A DNA stretch of 64,000 nt from Hydrolagus colliei (GCA_035084275.1 CM068757.1:3906001-3970000), one strand, 5' to 3'. Shown: positions 26,343-39,080, counted from the stretch's first letter. The notes: a model not told the origin generated them from the letters alone. Program-made: numbers and translations.

Positions 26343-26545
26343 TCATAGGAACAGGACTAGGCCATTCAGCCCTTCCAGTCCGTTCTGCCATTTAATTAGA
26401 TCATGGCTGATCTGTACCTCAACTAATCTTTTGAATTCTAATTTTCCACTTTCTCCCCATATCCCTCACTTGCCATAACCTCACTCTTGAAGGTGTGGAT
26501 GGAACCAACATCTACGACCTTTTGGTGGAGAGAATTCCAGAGAAT
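26343..26545 (-). mobile_element. CR1-clade LINE 3' end
   Basis: cataggaacaggactaggccattcagccc...agatcatggctgatctg typical CR1 3' UTR, antisense. Confidence 0.7.
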
Positions 26546-28471
26546 ATTAAGTATAATATTATTATAACACACCACAATGGCAGGAAGCTCATTACAGAAA
26601 CCTTTCTAGTCTTGTTGCACAATATGTAATCTATTACAGTGAGATGATATGCTCAATCAGCTTTCTGCGTATCTGAACTACAGAAAGGATTTTTGCATTT
26701 GGACTAGTTAACCGATGTATGATATATACTTTCTTTATACTTTTAGTAGAATTTCTGGTACCCACAGTACTGTTTTGATGAGATGAATACATGTTATTGG
26801 CCCACGAAGATGTGTTGGTTTCAGCTTTCATTCCATTTTCAATTGTAAGCAGGTGTATGAGTGTACACACAGTGGATAAATGCCAGCGGAATTGTTGAAT
26901 GTTTGTTTTTAACTGTACCACATGCCCCAGAGGTGGGCTGGCTTGCTTCTGTCGTGTTTATATTAATATAACAATGAGGTTAATGTGGAGATGTAATGGA
27001 TATTGTCTTATCAAAGGACTTAAATCATTACACATTATTTAGACTACTTATACGTTGTGGTCGGTTCCCACAGAACTGCAAAGAATACTGTTTGTCTCCA
27101 GTTTCAGCTGGGTGTCAGTGATCCTTTTTATTTGTATGTGGGTTATATATTTATACAGTATTTTGTTTTTTGGAAACGGATAAGAGAGAGAAAATAGTCA
27201 CCTACTGTACTGTGAGGCCTTCAACCAGGTTGACAGACAGACTGGATTGTCCTCTCCCTCTTGATTCTCTGAACCAAGAGTAGGTTAGTCATGGTCTACG
27301 AGATCTTTAGCCGGGAATACAATCAGACAGAAGCTTACAGACTCGCAACTCCACAAAAAGTAAAATCCGTACTTAAGTATAAAAAAGAGAGAGGTTTTCA
27401 GTCTCTTTCCTTCTGTGTTGACACTGCAACACTATTTTTGAGTGGGCAAACGGGGCCAGTACCACCAAGTTGCTGTTATACTTTCATCGAGGAAGGCAGG
27501 CATGATCTGTAAACATGGCCTGTGTTAAATACGGTTCCTGCAGCGACTGAACTGTTCTCGCACGCTGCGGTTGAGAAGTTAGTTTAGAGTTGCATTGCCT
27601 ACAGGGAAGGGTTTCTGCTTTCAGTAGGGTTCACAGCGATGGGCTGGTGTGCACAAGGTTTGTGTGAACCAAAACTCTGGTTACAATATCCGTAGGCCAA
27701 ACCTCAATGAATAACCTGCAGAGCTGTGAAGAGAAACCATTCAAATTTGTTGCTCACATTGTTCACAGTGCTGATTTGGAGAATGACATGATGTCCAATT
27801 TTGACAATGCCTGGGTTGAACATATGTGTAACTTGATCGTGAAAGGTTGCGGTTTACATTATCGCAGAAATTTATCGGATTATTGCTGAATTGTTGCATT
27901 CATGCAAGGACTGTAACAAACTACCGGTGGAGGGAAATGACAGCAGAATGATATGGGGGTTACGGTATTAAACTTTTTATGTAAATACAAATTGTTGATT
28001 AAATTGCAGTGTGCTATTGAGTTGAGGTTAAACTGGATTCAGTGAGAGGTTTTCGAGTTAATGGATTAGGAAAGTAGAACTGCTTTCTGTCTGTACCAGT
28101 TATGACATTGGACGCAGAGTCCAAGGTCAATGGGGTCATTCCTCACATAACTGCAATAAAGCACAACGGTAGATTTGCTTTAAGTGCAGTGACTTTGCTG
28201 GTAATAAAGGAATTGAAGTATTGTTTTATTAGACCAGAGGTAGGTTATTGCTTTAATTACCTTCAGTGCTGCAATATTTAACAGTAGGGTGTGTATATAC
28301 AATATAACAATTGACAAATGCTTCAGCAAGATTCTGCTGCCTGAAATAACTTTAGTTCAAATTAAGAAGCTTATTCCTGAGTTGCCACGAAGACTGAGAA
28401 AGTATGATTTTTTTTTCCTGTTTATAGTTGTGCTTTGGTTAAAAATGTTCCAAAATATTCTGTCTTTACAG

Positions 28472-28543
28472 TTCCTTGAAGCACAATGAAATCAAAGAGA
28501 TCAAGTTAGATACCTTCCACGGCCTGGCTTCTCTCCACTTGCT
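28472..28543 (+). CDS. LGR4: LGR4 exon 13 (72 nt) SLKHNEIKEIKLDTFHGLASLHLL
   Basis: tttacAG / GTGAGT. Confidence 0.93.
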
Positions 28544-29029
28544 GTGAGTGTGTGCGTTTTTTTTCTCTTCCGATCGTTCTGTTCACTTTTTGTGTTTACA
28601 AAACCATAATCTAGACTTCCATTAATCAAGCGTGACAGATGAAATGCTTTATCTCATAAGCTGAGGTGTGACCAGTCAAAGAAAAAGCATTGCTGTAGAC
28701 TTACCCCTGACATTTTTATACCCTGATCATGTGCTTGTGCTTGCTTGAACTCTTGATTTGTGCAGGTACGGGAGGCTTGTTTGAAATACTAGACGTGAAT
28801 GTTGTGTCTTAAAGCTATTAAGAAACTGGTGTGATGTTTGTTTGTGTATAGCAAATGGATCTGACACTGGAATCTCCTTCTAAAGTTCCATTTCTGGCAT
28901 TCCTTATGACAGTAATACTGAAAGTAGACTTAAATTACACTTGCTCGGTTGTTGGAATAAAGTGTCGTGCCTGTCATTCACCTGTAAATTTAGTAATCTA
29001 GACTGACTTTGCAGCACAGCCCTGTGAAG

Positions 29030-29330
29030 AGTTATGTTGTTGAATGAAACTGTAAACTTGAGATCCCGACTCTCCATTCGAATGGTTTAGGATCTGTTAA
29101 AGCTCCTCTGGCACTATTTCAAAGAAGAGCATGGAGTTTACCATGGCCAATGTCCCTCTCTCATCCAAAGTCACGAAAAACTGGATCAATTGGAAGTTGC
29201 TGTTTGTGGGATGTTGCTTGCACAGATTAGCAGTGTTTGCTCACATCACAGTGTGAATACACTCAACTAAACTCACACTGAAGCACTTTTGAGGTATGAG
29301 GGGACACGTCCAATGCAATTTGTTTTGTTG
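29030..29330 (+). mobile_element. DeuSINE Deu domain plus tail, old copy
   Basis: tggcactatttcaaagaagagcatggagttt...tggccaatgt...ttgctgtttgtgggatgttgct...tgaagcacttttgag. Confidence 0.7.
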
Positions 29331-29439
29331 TTCAGTGAGGTAGGTTTAACGATGGGTTTTAATAAAGTCTGAATGAAATCCATTTCTTCCTGTTTAAAGT
29401 CATGCATTATTGGTATTTTGTTTTCTCTTTCTTTTACAG

Positions 29440-29511
29440 TGACTTAAGTAAAAACCAAATCTCCACATTACACAGGAATGCATTCATCTCTTTGTCTGAA
29501 CTGACCAACTT
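29440..29511 (+). CDS. LGR4: LGR4 exon 14 (72 nt) DLSKNQISTLHRNAFISLSELTNL
   Basis: ttttacAG / GTAAGT. Confidence 0.94.
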
Positions 29512-29916
29512 GTAAGTGACCTTGGTTGTTTCAAGCTGTTGGATCTCTTGTAACTTTAATTTCACTGATTATTTTAAATTGAAAGTAATATGCAATATTG
29601 GAATAAATACATTATTTAACTTAGTATTTGTTTGATTTTGAATTCTTCGCCTTAAATCTAGGTTAGATAGATAGCGGAAAAGTGTAATTATAGCTATTTT
29701 TTCAAACAAAATTGGATGCTGACTAATTAGCGACAAAATGTTTTTGCTTAACATATGCAATTTGACAGTGTCCTAGTCTAAAGGCTGCATTGAAGCTCGT
29801 GTAAAATAGTAGTTATGGTTATACTACTTTAGAATCAAAATTGTGATATTAAACAAGGAAAATATTGAACCCAGTGTAGAAATCCACTTGTTCATGTTCA
29901 TTTATTCTTTTTTCAG

Positions 29917-30042
29917 AGACGTAAGTTCCAATCATTTGAGTTATTTCCCAACATCTGGGCTGGAAGGACTCAATCAACTTAAACTTACTGGGAACCCTGA
30001 ATTGAAGGAGCTACTGGTAGCAAAGGATCTGCGAAAGCTCAG
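29917..30042 (+). CDS. LGR4: LGR4 exon 15 (126 nt) DVSSNHLSYFPTSGLEGLNQLKLTGNPELKELLVAKDLRKLR
   Basis: tttcAG / GTACTG. Confidence 0.95.
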
Positions 30043-30681
30043 GTACTGATTTACTCTTCTCTGTTGACTTCAGCATTTATATTCCACTGCCTTGAGCCTC
30101 GCATGAAGTAACACAACACGTCATAATTAAACGCGTCTGACCTGAAGCCCCTCGCGTGGAATTTTGTTGCAAAGGCTCACACAGGGGAAACTGAGAAAAT
30201 ATGTTGAGTGTTGAGCTGCTTGTCGAAACATAGTTTGCAATACCAAATCCAACGCCTATGTATAAGACTTCCATCAGTGCGGCATCTTATTAGACATTCT
30301 CGATGAAATAATGTTTTGGTTTGAGTCAGCGCTGCAGTACTTTCATATTGTGCTCCTGTCAAAGCTTAAATCATACCAATGACAATCCCTTCACTGTTTC
30401 AAAACGAACATAACTCTGTAGGTGAGTATCACTGACCCATAACATTCCTCCTTGCCTGATCAGGTCTGGGGAAATTTATCATTCTTAGAAGGAAATATCT
30501 CATAGCAACCCAAGCAACCAGAGAGTACTGAGCACACAGTAACTGAGATAAACAGGACGAGGTCCTCTCTTTTGCAGTGTGGTTTCATTAATGGCCAATT
30601 TTATAGCCCCGCCTTTGTAATATAGTCTGAATTATTTAAAATGTGCTTTTTAAAAATAAACTCAAATGGCTGTATTTTCAG

Positions 30682-30806
30682 AACTTTGATGGTTCCTTAC
30701 GCATATCAATGCTGTGCATTTAGTGGCTGTGATTCATGCCTGCCCTCAAACTCCGAAGATGTCAGAAAACAGGAAAACAAGAATCCTTCATCAGAGAAGA
30801 TCACTG
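30682..30806 (+). CDS. LGR4: LGR4 exon 16 (125 nt, phase 2-1) TLMVPYAYQCCAFSGCDS...EKIT
   Basis: ttttcAG / GTAAGC; LGR hinge PYAYQCC motif. Confidence 0.95.
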
Positions 30807-31566
30807 GTAAGCCCAGGCCCGCTCACAAACTATTCCCAAAGCTTTAGAAACTGTCTAGGTCCAGCTTAAAAAATAGCAAGGTGCCAGTTTCAGCCAGGTC
30901 ATCGGGCACAGCAGATGCTAAGCGAAGGAGGCAAGCAAAGTATTGCAAGAGATCTGATTTTCAGCTCGAGTAAGAACAGATTTGATAAGTCATTTTTGGG
31001 AGGGGAGAAACTAATGAAAATCGAAAAACATTTGTTTTGTGGGACTTTTAACCCTTTGGATACTTAACCCCTATCAAGCTTTTAATATTTGTGGGAGAAC
31101 AACCAGCCTTGTTAAAAGCACATTGCGACCACAACAAGCAAAAGCGTGGGACATTGTGTGTCCACTGCCACCGTCGATTTAGGCTCTGCAGTTTACCAGT
31201 CTTTTCTGCTGGTTTCAGTTCTCGCACTCTCTCACGTTGAGACCACCAGCATGAAGTGCTCCATCTTGTGGCCTGGATAAAAGTTAGTGAAACTGTGCCA
31301 TTTGCAATGACCGTTGATGACGATAGATGCTTTACCTCGAGTCTACTGGCTAATTCAGTGATCTGCTGAATGTTTCCACCCTTGTACTTCCCACTTCACG
31401 TTTCTTTGAATCGAGGCTGAGACATGTCTGCCTTGGCACATGCAAAGCACACAAAAAACGTTTGACATTATTGGATCTGAATCTTCCTGCTCCTGAAACC
31501 TATTCCAGATGTATTCAGGAGGGAGGATTCCAGCATGGCTGCCGTATTTCGCCCAAAAAATACAGT

Positions 31567-31893
31567 GGAGCTCCTATAGCTCAGTGGTTAGAGCACTTGC
31601 CTTACAAGCGTGAGACCTGTGTTTGAATCCAGGCAGGTCAGGGCGAAACCTTGGGCAAGTTTCCTTACTCCACAAGCCTAATAATAATCTGTCCCTCCAA
31701 AAAACACAATAATAAAAAAAATTGGGTCTTTTCAATCCACAACTATTTCAATCCACACTACTGTGTGCAATTGGCTGCCGCATTTCGCCCACAGATATAC
31801 AGTCAATTCACTTTACAGAATATTCTGTGAAGCGCATTGAGACGTTGATAAGATATGAAAAGCACTATCTCAAATGTAAGAATTATTATTATT
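31567..31893 (+). mobile_element. tRNA-derived SINE, full length
   Basis: Pol III A-box TAGCTCAGTGG and B-box-like GTTTGAATCC, body gggcaagtttccttactcc, Deu-like gctgtgtgcaattggctgcc, L2-like tail, (ATT)n. Confidence 0.9.
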
Positions 31894-32041
31894 CATACTG
31901 TACAATATGGCACCACTTCACCACCAAATATATGGGGTAAACGCAGCCGCAGTACCAACGGTTTTGAACTGCGAATATAGCACACAGACTGAGATGTTGA
32001 AATGACTAGTTCTCTAACTTCCCCCTTTGTTTGTCCCTCAG

Positions 32042-32113
32042 GCCAAAGCGCTGAGATTAAAACCGAAGAAGATGAAAGGATTCAGTCTCCGGTGCATTGC
32101 ACTCCATCTCCAG
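32042..32113 (+). CDS. LGR4: LGR4 exon 17 (72 nt, phase 1-1) GQSAEIKTEEDERIQSPVHCTPSP
   Basis: ccctcAG / GTATTT; HCTPSPG hinge motif. Confidence 0.92.
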
Positions 32114-32524
32114 GTATTTTCATACCAAATGTAAATTTGTTTGCGCTTGTGGCATTGTGTTCGCTGACTGCTCCTAAGAGTTACTTCTGGCTAATTTCTG
32201 AATGAGGTTGTGCCAATCGTTAAAGAGTTCCACCACAGAAACTCTGGGTGAAGTGAAATGGTCAATTTCTCTTCGTGAAACTCCAAAACTCTCCCAGAAG
32301 GAAATGGCCGTGAAACAAAGGGACATGCCTGAGAAGTAACTTGATGCTATTTTGTAACTGCCACACGTCTCTAGGGAACCGCTCGAGCAATTATTTTAGT
32401 GCAACTAAAAAGAGCTTTGTGCTCCGTGCAACACAACACGGTGATCATTACTTGCAAATAGCCATTTTAACTTACTTTTCATCACCTGTTTTATAATATG
32501 TCCAGTGTAAAATCTGAATCGAGT

Positions 32525-32737
32525 ACTTAAGTCCCCTGCTCCCTCCCTTGCCACCTTCAAGGTCTGAAGGTGGCAAGGGACCCTGCTTTTCAGCTGCCCT
32601 CCTATCTCTCTGAACCTCTCTCATCCCAAACCTGCCCCCACCCCTTGTTCGGGTCCTAACCCCCCCCCCACCACCACTGTTCAGCACCTTGGGACGTCCT
32701 CCCGACGTGAAAGGCACTCTACAAATGTAATGTTGTT
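32525..32737 (+). mobile_element. L2 LINE 3' end
   Basis: cagcaccttgggacgtcctcccgacgtgaaaggcactctacaaatgtaatgttgtt. Confidence 0.75.
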
Positions 32738-33395
32738 AAGTGAAAATGAATTTTGTAATGTAACCAAGCGTCAGTCTATAAGAAAGAAGATAAACTTCAC
32801 CACATTATTCTTTGACCACAGTTCCTCATCTTGAATGAGTTAGGTTTGCAGGGACAATGTGAGCAAACCACAATACTGTACATGTGAGTTATTGGTCCCT
32901 GGGTTGTTGAGCTAGAAAAACAAATGCTATTTTAAAAACAGATTCTAACCATAATCTTCAACTGACACTTCCATATTAGTAACAATGGATATTGTTAAAG
33001 AATGTTTTTTTTAAACGTTTTTTTAAATGTGTTTTTTTCATTTCTAGATCTAAATGGTACCATTTCACCACCAAACACTCAGTGTAAACTGTTAACTTCT
33101 AAATACACTTCTTGTAGAAGAGAAAACCTTGTGTCGGTTTCACATACATTTATCAGCAGCATTAGTTTGTGGCGACTCCTGTTTAAACATATCACATTTT
33201 ACCCAGCAATAAAGGGAGCATGGACGGGCAATGTTTCTGTCCTTATAACTTATTTGAATGCCTGTCCCACATATATGAGATAGAATGGTGAGTTTGGCCA
33301 CTGGTATCTTATCTTGGTGATACCCAGTTGATGTTCTGAAGTATTACAGATTTGAGCCATTAATGCTTATTCAGTGTTCTGTCTCTCTCACTCTG

Positions 33396-33709
33396 TAATA
33401 ATATATATAATCCTTGAATTTGATCTTCTAAACATCTCAAAGAGCTTCACAGAATATACTGTAAAGTAAATTAACTGTATATTTTGTGGACGAAACGCGA
33501 TAGCTAATCTCTTCGAGCTAACACTGTGCCACACAAATAGTTGTGGATCAAAATGACCAATTTATTATAGGTTTTTTGCAGACAGATTATTATTAGGCAT
33601 GTGGAGTAAGAAAACTTGTCCAAGGTTTCGCCCCCGCCCTGCCTGGATTAGAAACACAGGTCTCACGCTTGTAAAGCGAGTGCTCTAACCACTGAGCTAC
33701 AGGACTCCA
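33396..33709 (-). mobile_element. tRNA-derived SINE, full length
   Basis: Reverse complement of 31567-31893. Confidence 0.9.
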
Positions 33710-33882
33710 GAGGGAGAGAGACAAAGGGAGAGAGATTAAGAATCATGTCATTAAACTCAACCTTTGAAGGGAAAGGAACAAGTTTTTTTATTACGCGTAT
33801 GTGACTGCGAAATACTCCTTGAGTAAAGAAGCGATGATCAGGTAACAGTGTTCTTAGTAATTTTGTATCTTATCTCTACCAG

Positions 33883-35159
33883 GTGCATTCAAGCCTTGCC
33901 GACATTTGCTGGGAAGTTGGATGATACGTCTCACTGTGTGGTTCATTTTTCTGGTGGCCTTAATTTTCAACGTCCTTGTTATCATAACAACATTTGCATC
34001 ACGGGCGCCACTGTCTTCTGCTAAGCTGTTTGTGGGCCTGATTTCGACATCAAACCTCTTAATGGGAGTCTATACCGGTAGCTTGACGATTCTAGACGCA
34101 ATGTCTTGGGGGAAATTTGCTCAGTTTGGCGCATGGTGGGAGATGGGATGTGGCTGCAAAATGGCTGGATTCCTCGCTATGTTCTCTTCTGAAGCGTCCA
34201 TTTTCCTCCTTATTTTAGCGGCTTTTGAACGGAGCATTACCACGCGTGACCTAATTAAAAAAGGGAAAAGTCATCGACAGGTGCATTTCCGAATAGTTGC
34301 TTCCCTCGCTGTCGTGGTTGCTGCAGTGATAGCTTGCCTGCCGTGGTTTCACATTGGAGAGTTTTCGGCATCTCCTCTTTGTTTGCCCTTCCCCACTGGA
34401 GAATCTCCTTCCTTGGGCTACACAGTAACTCTGGTCTTGCTCAACTCAATAGCCTTCCTGCTCATGGTAGTTGTGTACACAAAGCTCTACTGCAACTTGG
34501 AGAAAGAGGATCTTGCAGAAAGCTCCCAGTCCAGTATGATTAAGCACGTTGCCTGGTTAATTTTCACCAACTGCATTTTCTTCTGTCCCGTTGCGTTTTT
34601 CTCGTTCGCGCCGCTTATCAGTGCAATCTCCATCAGCCCCGAGATAATGAAGTCTGTCACTCTAATCTTCTTCCCGCTACCCGCTTGTCTGAATCCCGTC
34701 CTGTACGTTTTCTTCAATCCCCGGTTCAAAGAAGACTGGAGCATGCTGAAATGGCGCCCAAAGCAGAAAGACAAATCGCTAGCGGTTTCAGTGAATACTC
34801 AAGGTGACTGTGTGCCCCAGGAGTTTTACTATGACTGTGGGATGTACACCCACTTGCAGGGCAATATCACCGTATGTGATTGTTGTGAATCACTGCTAGT
34901 GACAAAACCCTCAACATGTAAACACTTGGTGAAGTCACACAGCTGCCCAGCTCTGGCTGTAGCTCCTTGTCAGAGACCCAGTGGCTACTGGTCAGACTGT
35001 GGGACTCAATCTGCTCATTCAGAGTATGCTGACGAGGGAGACTCCTTTGTTTCGGACAGTTCCGATCAAGTCCAGGCCTGTGGGAGGGCCTGCTTCTATC
35101 AGAGTCGGGGATTTCCTTTGGTTCACTACTCGTATAATATTCCACGGAGCAAAGACTAA
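33883..35159 (+). CDS. LGR4: LGR4 exon 18: GAFKPC motif, 7TM domain and cytoplasmic tail to TAA
   Basis: taccAG acceptor; seven hydrophobic helices, TM3 AFERS, TM7 CLNPVLY; ORF 33906..35159. Confidence 0.98.
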
Positions 35160-36130
35160 CTGCAGGAGACAATACCACAAAGGTACACGTTTGAACACTT
35201 CACACAAATTGACTCTTTTGTGGACTTTTATTTCTGGGAAGCACTTTTTCTTCAATCTGTCAGTCGTCAACGAAAAGGGAAAAATGTTCAGTAAGTTTAT
35301 TGAGCCACATGTTCTTGCAAAAGGAGAATTGCCCAAACAGATTGTCTGTGTGCGTGTTTGCATGTGTGTATGTGATTGTTGCGAATGAGTGTGTGTTTGT
35401 GTGGGTATGTGCGTGCGGCGTGCGTGCGTCAGTGAGTTTTTATATGCGCATGACTATGCATGTACGACTGCAGACTCTGCTTACAGCAGTGTTTGTAAAC
35501 ATGGATGAGTAAAACTTTATTTTTAAAAATTGTTAGTATTTTTATGGTGCATTCTTCCTGTCTTTAGTCATACAAAAAATACGACAGTCCTTTTCATAGC
35601 TGTTTGCTCACAGTTACAGTTAAATTGCCATTTTGTGGAAAATTCACTGCCAGATTGTATTACTGTTCCTTCACAGCACATTCCCTACTGAGTAACTTAA
35701 CACTTGCCTGCGCCTCAGAATAAACAGAAACTCTATATGGAGAGCATAAGCAAATATGAATACCGTTTTGTGAGTTAATTACTGGTAGTTTCTCAGGAGG
35801 TTAGGAAATGCCAAAAAAAAATTACTTCCAAAACTGAACTTTCAGGAATGGATTGTAGATACTGTGCATAAGACACATTTTCAAATTCATATTGTAAATT
35901 ATTGGATTAAATATATAAAGGGGGTTATGCTTTTTAAACTCAGTTTAAATAATGGTAACTACCTCTTAAATAAAGTTGGCCGTTTTTAAATTGTGGTCTT
36001 TCATGTTTTTAAACCATTCTTATTCTGTAAATAGGTTTGGATGTACATTATCACCGTGTTATAAAAAGATAAAATTGAATCTTTGTAAATCAATATTAAA
36101 ATGTAACAAATTTTTGTAGGTTTTTTTGCA
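35160..36130 (+). other. LGR4: Putative LGR4 3' UTR (3' end approximate)
   Basis: AT-rich, lacks interspersed repeats. AATAAA near 35719 and 35969; ATTAAA near 36095 followed by a T/GT-rich tract. Confidence 0.5.
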
Positions 36131-38494
36131 ATGTGGAAGGGATTAATGTAATTTTTTGAAGCCCAAATATTCACAAGTAAATATTAAAAATGTTTTCAAT
36201 TTCCCTGATGTTTTGCGTGTCCGTTTTTCAATACAATATATGAAAAATCCACACTGAAATTTCACTTCAGATTGCTGAATATGGTAGGTGTACTGAAACT
36301 GGTAAAACATTGTTTTGCATAAAAACACACACTCATACACATTCTCCGAACATCACAAATGGGTCAATGATGTGAAGTTTAACAGAATTGTCTGCAAGGC
36401 ATGGTTTGCAATGATTGGGAGTTTAAATTCTGCTTCCAATTGCAAAAGTGCTTCAAAATGTCAACGCAGTCAATCTTTAAAAAGTGGCTTCTGGGGTTTT
36501 TACTCTCCTGCTTATTAAAAACTGCCACATTTATAGTGCATCGGTCTTTTATCAGCAGAATGGTGAAAATACTGGTAAAAATAAAAACAGCCAACCCCAG
36601 CCTTAATACTCACCACTGTACTGGTGGAGCTGTGGTTTGGGTTACTCAAAAAGTGATGATCTCAGATGTTTTCTACTTTGGAAAAATAAACTCTGAATGC
36701 TCAGGCACAGGGTTTAACATCCCATTTGCATTCTGCCCAAAACCTTTTTCCAGAAATAGAGAATGTGTTTTCTAGGAAATGAAGTTTAAAGCCACCAAAG
36801 TACCAGTTTTCTTTTTTTTTATGGGCTGGGATGGCATCAACAATGCTTTTGGTCATGTTTGGTCCTGAGATTTCCGCTGTGAAAGGAGACCTTGGAGTTC
36901 CCTCTCTTTGCTCCTGAAAAGGCCAATTTTGTTTCATTTATTAGTGGCAAACCCAACCCTGGTAATTCACCTCCCATGTGCTGTTGTACAAAAGGTTTCA
37001 GATTGTGTTTCAAGCCTGGGATGCAAATTTTAAAGCCTGTTCATACAGATGGTGTATGATCTGATTTGCTTCGCTGGTGAATTTTGTGTTTCAAATAGTT
37101 TTATTTTAGCACAATAGTTTTTTAGGATAATACAAAAAATTGTTATGGAGTATCATTATATACCTGTTAGGTCAGGTATTGGTTCTGACTTTTGAAACTC
37201 AGTGAATTAATTGTATGTTTCTTTTGATCTGTACATTTGCTTAATTAAATTGTACCATGCTGCAGGGAATGTAGGTTTACCATAGATTTGCACATACACG
37301 AAAATACATCATTTGCTACATGTCACGAGTAGAACTAGTCATATAGGAGTCAGGCTAAAAACAAGAATTTATTTTAATACTGCCTTTGAAGATATTTAAA
37401 GGTACATAAAAATCTCATTAGTTTCAAGATGTGGTTTATTCAATTCTCTTTCAAATGAAGTATTCTGGAAATGTGCTGTGAAACCATCTGACAAAGCACC
37501 CAAAGTCTTCAGAGAATACGCTTCAAATGCACATTCAAAAGTTAATCCTGGAGTAATTCCATGAGTAATTCCAATGCAACAGATGTACGGATTCTCCAGC
37601 ATTGCTCCTGGTGACAGCCTAGCTTACTTTGTTTCACTGTGAAGAATGATTATGTGTAATAGGTCTTCTGTCCATTTTTTCCATTTTGGGGTATTTGTTT
37701 ATTTGTAGTATATCTAGAAAAGATGTTGAAGTACTTGTTTTAAAAGCTAAAGTATTTACAAACTATCTGCAGGGCCATATCATTGCCATTTTTGTAATGT
37801 TCCTCCTTGCCTTTGACATGAGTTGCTGTACTCAGCCTAACTGGTCCATTTATTCAGGATTTAATTTATTTTATTCAAACACAAGTTCCATTCATGCCCA
37901 TGTACAGTTGATACAATTTTCGCACCAAGACCCCATTCAGTGATGGTGGACATGTTTTCGCATTGGGAGCAAACTTAATTAACAATGTTTATTTCTTCAC
38001 CCTTTCTGTTTTTTACCAAATGGAACACTTCACCCTGAAGCTGTACATGTGTAATCCTCTAACTAGGAAAGCAAATGCCACTCCCTTACATTTTCAAAAT
38101 TAGCTGAGAAATGCGTTTCTATGGATACAAATGCACAACATATGATTTCACATATAAATAAGTGCTTCACATCCGACTCATTTTGATTGAGTTTTATTCC
38201 CTTAATGGATGCACAGAATAATTCTATGGTCAAGATCCAATGTGAATTACCTGGTATTCTCAAGAACGTGCATGCAGAAATATAAGGAGTTTACATTGCT
38301 TGGCATTGAGTCATTACCTTTTCCTGTGGAAAGATATTCCAATTTGTTGAGCATAAAGAAATAGCAACTTGTGTCGACCTGTGGAAGTTTATTTTCTGAG
38401 CTTTTTAAAGTCTATGGCTTTATAAAATTGCCTGTGGTATGACCCTTTACAGCAAGCAGACTGTCAGGAAGCCTGATTTCTATGTTAAAAAATT

Positions 38495-38740
38495 GCAAAA
38501 TACTGCGGATGCTCGAAATCTGAAGCAAAAACAGAAATCGCTGGGAACACTCAGCAAGTCAGGCAGCATCTATGGAGAAAGTGAAAGTGAGTCAATGTTT
38601 TAGGACCACAACCCTTTGTCAGAAATCACTTTATCAAGCTTCTGACGATGGGTCGTGGACCCGAAACATTGACTCACTTTTTCTTTCTCCATGTATGCTG
38701 TCTGTGACCTGCTGAGTGTTCCCAGCGATTTCTGTTTTTG
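38495..38740. mobile_element. Penelope-type palindromic element, second copy (arms about 38526-38623 / 38640-38740)
   Basis: caaaaacagaaatcgctgggaacactcagca ... tgctgagtgttcccagcgatttctgtttttg. Confidence 0.8.
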
Positions 38741-38805
38741 ACCCTGATTTTTATTCCTGGTGTTGTCAAGTGCAAGGGCATACATGTCATCAACCCAGGA
38801 AGATT

Positions 38806-39080
38806 TGGAGTCGTGTAGCTCAGTGGTTAGAGTACTCGCCTTACAAGCGTGAGACCTGTGTTCCAATCCAGGAAGGTCAAGTTTCCTTACTCTACACACT
38901 TAATAATAATCCCTGCCCCCTAAAAAACACAATAATAAAATTCAATCCACATTGTTGGTAGGACACTGCTGTGCCCAATTGATTACCACTTTTCGCCCAC
39001 AAATATAGTCAATTCATTTTACAGTACATTTCTGTGAAGTGCTTTGAGACGTCTAGAAGACGCAATGCAAAGATTATTAT
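38806..39080 (+). mobile_element. tRNA-derived SINE
   Basis: tggagtcgtgtagctcagtggttagagtactcgccttacaagcgtgagacc...gattattat. Confidence 0.9.

Larger units (their letters stand above)
4283..35159 (+). other. LGR4: LGR4 gene span, 5'-partial (exons 3-9 and 11-18 intact; exon 10 decayed)
   Basis: 15 GT-AG exons join into one open frame (2527 nt): LRRs, hinge PYAYQCC/HCTPSPGAFKPC, 7TM, and C-terminus GFPLVHYSYNIPRSKD matching the recalled LGR4 tail. Upstream neighbour of CCDC34, as in human. Confidence 0.96.

Noticed and set aside
31567-31640. tRNA gene (A/B boxes; also at 38806, 33640-33709, 63390-63455)
   Set aside because: No acceptor stem; always followed by the same body and L2-like tail, so these are SINE heads
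33906-35159. Stand-alone intronless 417-aa GPCR
   Set aside because: The ORF-track start is a TTG; the region is the terminal LGR4 exon spliced in at 33883
4283-35159. LGR4 as a whole being a pseudogene because exon 10 is broken
   Set aside because: All 15 other exons have intact frames and splice sites, and exon-10 skipping preserves the frame
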